Made by a program: the position numbers and the translations under genes | Shown here: in pieces, positions 32,859 through 36,574 of the stretch | Numbering within the stretch: the stretch's first letter is position 1 | Layout of the letters: every line of letters begins with the position of its first letter | Notes under the pieces: generated by a model | Told to the model about the DNA's origin: nothing | The model's database searches: none | Seen by the model: the letters and a program-made list of their open reading frames with translations, nothing else | Assembly: GCA_964555105.1 (NCBI GenBank) | Contig: CAZKRC010000005.1 | Coordinates: 1 to 36,574, forward strand | Source of the DNA: an uncultured Bifidobacterium sp. | Lineage (GTDB): Bacteria > Fibrobacterota > Fibrobacteria > UBA11236 | Direction of reading: 5' to 3' | Length of the DNA stretch: 36,574 nt

Positions 32859-33950
32859 TTGTTTGCCGACGTGTACGTGAGGAAGCGCATCGTGCCGGGT
32901 ATCCTGCGTTTGTGCGCGGGGCTGGCAATGGTTTTCTTCTCCGCGTGCGTGCTGGATCGGGACGGCAGTAGCGAGCCGCCGCCGTTCACGGATGGGGACT
33001 ATGTCCCGGTCATCCCGGTCGCTCCGGCCGGCTGGCCGGAGATCGCCTGGCCGTCCGACAACCCCTACAGTCCGGAAAAAGACGTATTGGGGCGACGCCT
33101 GTTTTACGATGCGGGGTTGAGTAGAGGATTCGATCGTGCGTGCGCGTGGTGTCATGCCCCCTATATGGCCTTCGCCGACGTCCGGAGTGAGCCGCTCAGT
33201 TCGGGCACTGAAGGCGGCCGCACAATCCGAAATTCGCCCACGTTGGCCAATATGGTTTTTGCGCGCGTTTTCATGTTTGACGGGCGCTTCGAATCCCTTG
33301 AAACCCAGGCGCTTGGTCCCCTTTTCGATCACGAAGAGATGGGCATGACCGAAACGGAGATTGTGGACCGGCTGCAAGCGGACACGGCCTATGTCCGGCG
33401 ATTCCGCCAGGCTTTCGGCCCGGGACCGGTCACGCTGGAAAAGGTGGCCAAGGCGCTCGCCACGTATCAACGAACCCTGATCAGCAACCGCTCCGCGTAC
33501 GATCGATGGTCGGCTGGCGATTCGTCCGCGATGTCCCCGTCTGCACGTCGCGGCGAGATCTTGTTCCAGTCATCCCGTCTCGGGTGCGCGCGTTGCCATT
33601 CGCCGCCGTTGTTCACCGACGGCAATTTCCACAACATCGGACTTGACGACCTCGCCGGTATCACCGACTCGGGGCGCGGACGGATCACGGGCGTGGACAC
33701 GGACGTGGGACGTTTCAAGACGCCCACCCTGCGCAACATTGCCGTGACGAGCCCCTACATGCACGACGGACGGTTCGCGACGCTCGAAGAGGTCCTGGCG
33801 CATTATGACGGAGGTGGTAAGGAACATCCCCTGAAAGATCCGCGCATCCGGCCGCTGGAGTTGACGCTGGACGAGCGTGCAGATCTCGCCGCTTTCCTCG
33901 AAGCGCTCACGGATTCGACGTTCCTGAACACGTCCGAGCCGCCGCCCTGA
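32859..33950 (+). CDS. ccp: Di-haem cytochrome c peroxidase (BCCP/MauG family), lipoprotein; paralog 2
   Basis: Lipobox-like VFFSAC. Haem motifs CAWCH and CARCH. FKTPTLRNI and PYMHDGRF. Roughly 55-60% identical by eye to 29969-31048 over the C-terminal half. The exact start is uncertain. Confidence 0.85.
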   Translation: MFADVYVRKRIVPGILRLCAGLAMVFFSACVLDRDGSSEPPPFTDGDYVPVIPVAPAGWPEIAWPSDNPYSPEKDVLGRRLFYDAGLSRGFDRACAWCHAPYMAFADVRSEPLSSGTEGGRTIRNSPTLANMVFARVFMFDGRFESLETQALGPLFDHEEMGMTETEIVDRLQADTAYVRRFRQAFGPGPVTLEKVAKALATYQRTLISNRSAYDRWSAGDSSAMSPSARRGEILFQSSRLGCARCHSPPLFTDGNFHNIGLDDLAGITDSGRGRITGVDTDVGRFKTPTLRNIAVTSPYMHDGRFATLEEVLAHYDGGGKEHPLKDPRIRPLELTLDERADLAAFLEALTDSTFLNTSEPPP

Positions 33951-33980
33951 CGGCGGGTCGCATCGCTTTTTCGGTCTTGT

Positions 33981-34023
33981 AAACAAAAAGATCTCGTCCG
34001 CGGGGGAAGAGATCTTTTTGTTT
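33981..34023. terminator. Bidirectional intrinsic terminator (perfect 15-bp stem)
   Basis: AAACAAAAAGATCTC (33981-33995) pairs with GAGATCTTTTTGTTT (34009-34023) around a 13-nt loop. A/T tracts inside both arms give a U-run in either direction. It lies between convergent ccp paralog 2 and the minus-strand PepSY operon/relic. Confidence 0.85.
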
Positions 34024-34038
34024 ATAAGGCTGCGGGGG

Positions 34039-34128
34039 TCAGAAACGGTAGCCGATGGTGGCGACAATGTTTCGTGGTTTTTGCGGGTTGATCGTGGAGT
34101 AACCCGCGAAGTTCTCTGAGTTAGAAAT
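34039..34128 (-). pseudogene. Relic 3' end of a TonB-dependent outer-membrane receptor gene (about the last 29 codons only)
   Basis: The minus-strand reading ends ...ISNSENFAGYSTINPQKPRNIVATIGYRF-stop. The terminal beta-strand with aromatic-x-F end and preceding PRN resembles TBDR C-termini (compare FhuA ...VVATATFRF, recalled from memory). Upstream codons in the same frame (LLCRVFLR...) are not receptor-like, and the DUF3325-like gene ends only 71 nt upstream. Confidence 0.45.
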
Positions 34129-34199
34129 GCGCAGAAACACCCTGCATAGTAAGCTTACGCCAGGCCGGACATGAAACATCCGTCGTGCGCGATGGACGA

Positions 34200-34568
34200 T
34201 TATGTGAAGCCTTGAGGGAACAAAAGACTGAAGCCCGCGGTCGCGATCATCGTAGTGATGGAAACAACCACATACCAGAGCGTGATGCGGCGCGCATAGG
34301 CGACGAGTATGGCGACGACGAACGCTTGTGCACTCAAGAAGGCGAACCACGCCACGAGGGAGATGCCGCCGTCCCACCTTGACAGTGCGATCAACAGGCC
34401 TGCGGCGAACACGAACCAACCCGACAGGCGCAGGAGTTCCTTGCGGAAATGTGTAATGGGTCTCCCGAAGACGACCTCGTGATGGCGCTGCATGGCGAGA
34501 GCCAAGAGACTGATGGCCGTGCCGGTCGATCCGTAAAGCAATAAGTTGTGGGCAAGAGCGGTGGTCAT
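34200..34568 (-). CDS. Small integral membrane protein, DUF3325-like (PepSY-operon partner)
   Basis: 122 aa with four hydrophobic segments and a LLALAMQRHHE box. The ATG overlaps the PepSY gene stop (ATGA at 34565-34568). Confidence 0.65.
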   Translation of the reverse strand: MTTALAHNLLLYGSTGTAISLLALAMQRHHEVVFGRPITHFRKELLRLSGWFVFAAGLLIALSRWDGGISLVAWFAFLSAQAFVVAILVAYARRITLWYVVVSITTMIATAGFSLLFPQGFT

Positions 34569-36172
34569 GGGTTAGTCTCTGGGGCGGGTGGGACGCTGGT
34601 ATTCGAACCTCGGGCATGCTGTTGTGCGCGCGTCACCCGCACCGCGGCCCACGCCATGAGGCCTCCAATACCCAACAACGAAAGGTTGAAGACGAGCCTG
34701 CCCTCCGCACCCGGCGTTGTGAGCGCGTCGAGAAACGGCAGCAGGGCGAACAACGCCGCCGCCCCCCACAGCTGTTCCCTCCAGGCCTTCGGGGCCGGGC
34801 GAATGAGGGCATGAAGGAACGCCAGTCCCCACGCGACGAATACGACCATGACCTCGCGGTCACCGCGGGCCTCCATGCCGACGGGAAGCAGGCGGTTGGC
34901 CCAAAAAATGGTGGCGAGCGAGAGAGGGAAACCGACGATGGTGGCAATGTTGAGGCTTTCGACCAGCCTGTGCCCGAATCCGGCCCGTCCCGGCCCGTAC
35001 AACGACTCCTGGCGTTTGCGTCTCTTGATCGTCCACATGAGCAATCCCGTGGCGACCAGAGCGGTTCCCAACAATCCGAGGAAGAAGAACACGCCACGGA
35101 GCGGAGGCGCGGCGAACCTGAGGATGTGCAAGCCGTAGAAGATGTCGTGAACTTTTGCGAAAGGGCCGGGCGAACCGTTTTCTGGAAAGGCCTGGCCGTG
35201 CGCATCGAGGTTCAAAGTGCGTCGATGATTATAGGGGATGCTGCGGCTTGCGCTCATCCCGAGGCTGTAAACCGCACCGGGAGTCCCGAGCCCCGTGGCG
35301 TACAAGGTCGCGAGCGGCGTGTCGCCGCGTTTCTCCGCATAGGTATCGGTGATCGCCTTGAGGGGAATGGTTGTGGGTGTCGCCGTCGGGGCCACTGTGG
35401 TATCGGTCCCTGCAGCTGCCTCCGGTCCGGCTTCCTGCTGGATTTCAGGTTCAGCTGCCGGGGCAGCTGTTGCGCTGGATGCGGAATCCGCTTCCAACAA
35501 GGTTACGGCGACAGGTGGGGTCGTCGCCATGCGGCTCCAGGGCATGAACATCTCCAGCAGTGTGACCTGGGCGCTATAGGCGATCATGAAGTAGAACGGC
35601 AACGCGATCACCCCGGACAGATTGTGGAAGTCGAGCCATGACCGGGTGCCCGGCTTCGAGGGTCTGAAGGTGAAGAAATCCTTGAAGAACTGGCGATGTG
35701 CCACGATGCCGGTAAAAAGCGCGACGAGCATGAACGCGGCGGCGATGCAGGCGATGAACCGTCCCCACGGATAGGGAAGCTGAAGTTGAAAATGATAGCG
35801 GTAGAAGAACTCGCCGCCCCGGCTGTCGCGGGCTTCCACGCTCATCGTTTCGGCGTCCACAACCTTGGCGGTACGCTTCCCGTCGGGCGTCTGCCAGTTG
35901 AGATGCAGCCCGGGGTCGCGCTCGCCGGGAAACCGGATGTAAATGGTGGTCGCATCGGGGGCGTTGCGGTGGATCTCACCGAGTGCGCGTTCCAGGAGCA
36001 CGGCGGGTTCGGCCACGTACGGACGCAGCTCAGGCTGCATCCATTGCGTGATTTCCGGACGATAGTAGCTTGCGGTGCCGGTCACGAAAATGGTGTACAG
36101 CAACCATCCCAGCAACAAGCCGCACCAGGTGTGCAGCCAGGTCATCGAGGCGCGGAACGTCTTCTGCATCAA
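34565..36172 (-). CDS. PepSY-associated TM-helix protein (PiuB-like, iron/siderophore-uptake-associated reductase family)
   Basis: N-terminus FRASMTWLHTWCGLLLGWLLYTIFVTGTASYYRPEI, then FYRYHFQL, WLDFHNLSGVIALPFYFMIAYSA, HDIFYGLHILRF, with TM helices at both ends. TTG at 36172 or ATG at 36169 as start. Confidence 0.85.
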   Translation of the reverse strand: MMQKTFRASMTWLHTWCGLLLGWLLYTIFVTGTASYYRPEITQWMQPELRPYVAEPAVLLERALGEIHRNAPDATTIYIRFPGERDPGLHLNWQTPDGKRTAKVVDAETMSVEARDSRGGEFFYRYHFQLQLPYPWGRFIACIAAAFMLVALFTGIVAHRQFFKDFFTFRPSKPGTRSWLDFHNLSGVIALPFYFMIAYSAQVTLLEMFMPWSRMATTPPVAVTLLEADSASSATAAPAAEPEIQQEAGPEAAAGTDTTVAPTATPTTIPLKAITDTYAEKRGDTPLATLYATGLGTPGAVYSLGMSASRSIPYNHRRTLNLDAHGQAFPENGSPGPFAKVHDIFYGLHILRFAAPPLRGVFFFLGLLGTALVATGLLMWTIKRRKRQESLYGPGRAGFGHRLVESLNIATIVGFPLSLATIFWANRLLPVGMEARGDREVMVVFVAWGLAFLHALIRPAPKAWREQLWGAAALFALLPFLDALTTPGAEGRLVFNLSLLGIGGLMAWAAVRVTRAQQHARGSNTSVPPAPETNP

Positions 36173-36486
36173 AGATTTCCCCGCAGCATCCAGATGGCCA
36201 GTGCCAGCAAGACTCCCGGTACGGCCAAACCGGTCCAGGCACGCAGTGCACCTGGTGCGGCGAACGACCAGACGGCAACGAAGGGGTAGACCGTGAGCGC
36301 GATCAGGTTGCCTGCGAGGATAGCCTCCTCATGCGGCAACGGAAGGGCCAGCGCCGCCGTGGCAGAGACGAGCGAGGCCAGGGCGTATCCGCCGATGACG
36401 GCGGCAAGGGCACGCATGGTGATGCCGAGACGGCGTTGCCACGGTTTTATGCGTGTGACTAGATGTACGGATGTCATGATGGCCAC
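36169..36486 (-). CDS. Small membrane protein, DUF3649-like (first gene of the PepSY operon)
   Basis: 105 aa with a GTG start and three hydrophobic helices. The stop overlaps the PepSY start (TTGA). Its position is typical of DUF3649 iron-uptake partners, but the family assignment is from memory only. Confidence 0.55.
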   Translation of the reverse strand: MAIMTSVHLVTRIKPWQRRLGITMRALAAVIGGYALASLVSATAALALPLPHEEAILAGNLIALTVYPFVAVWSFAAPGALRAWTGLAVPGVLLALAIWMLRGNL

Positions 36487-36574
36487 GATGTTTACGGTGA
36501 ATGGCGGGACCAGGGATCAAGGGTGGGAGGGAAAGGGCCCGCCGGCTCGCCGCGTCCGCTACGGGATTGGGCCG

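Overview
High-GC diderm bacterial chromosome segment. Hand counts on single 60-nt lines give about 62-75% GC in housekeeping genes. About 40 genes are supportable.

(1) Left 5.6 kb: a lower-GC Type III restriction-modification island (res 178-2910, mod 2929-4845, minus strand). It is divergently paired with an XRE-type HTH gene (5017-5556) whose product carries a histone-H1-like Lys/Ala/Pro tail. The 171-bp divergent promoter region contains three phased 16-bp palindromes. I read this as a controller (C-protein)-like switch on a Type III system, and it is my best candidate for something not yet described.

(2) Core genes: a translationally coupled mfd-ppiC-surA-methyltransferase-ftsE operon, tRNA-Lys(UUU), a secreted beta-propeller protein with a T9SS-like C-terminal domain, and a PorV-like outer-membrane protein.

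(3) Redox, quinone and peroxide genes are unusually dense: tpx, msrAB, bcp-ndh, yyaL-yggU-mqnA, a small Rieske protein, a RegB/RegA-like two-component pair, and two paralogous di-haem cytochrome c peroxidases bracketing a transaldolase-family gene and a bacterioferritin-like gene.

(4) Right end: a DUF3649/PepSY-TM/DUF3325 iron-uptake-type operon followed by a roughly 29-codon relic of a TonB-dependent receptor C-terminus.

(5) Across the window, many intergenic regions are filled with degenerate 7-9 bp tandem arrays (TTAAGAA, TGGGGAG, CATCACAG, CTKYACTG, AWYGYTC, TGACCAA and others). One composite module recurs at two loci, and related repeats are embedded in-frame in two coding regions.

Long antisense shadow ORFs typical of high-GC DNA were examined and rejected. 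No CRISPR array, rRNA gene, transposase or integrase was seen. All homology statements come from motif recognition by eye, and no database search was run.
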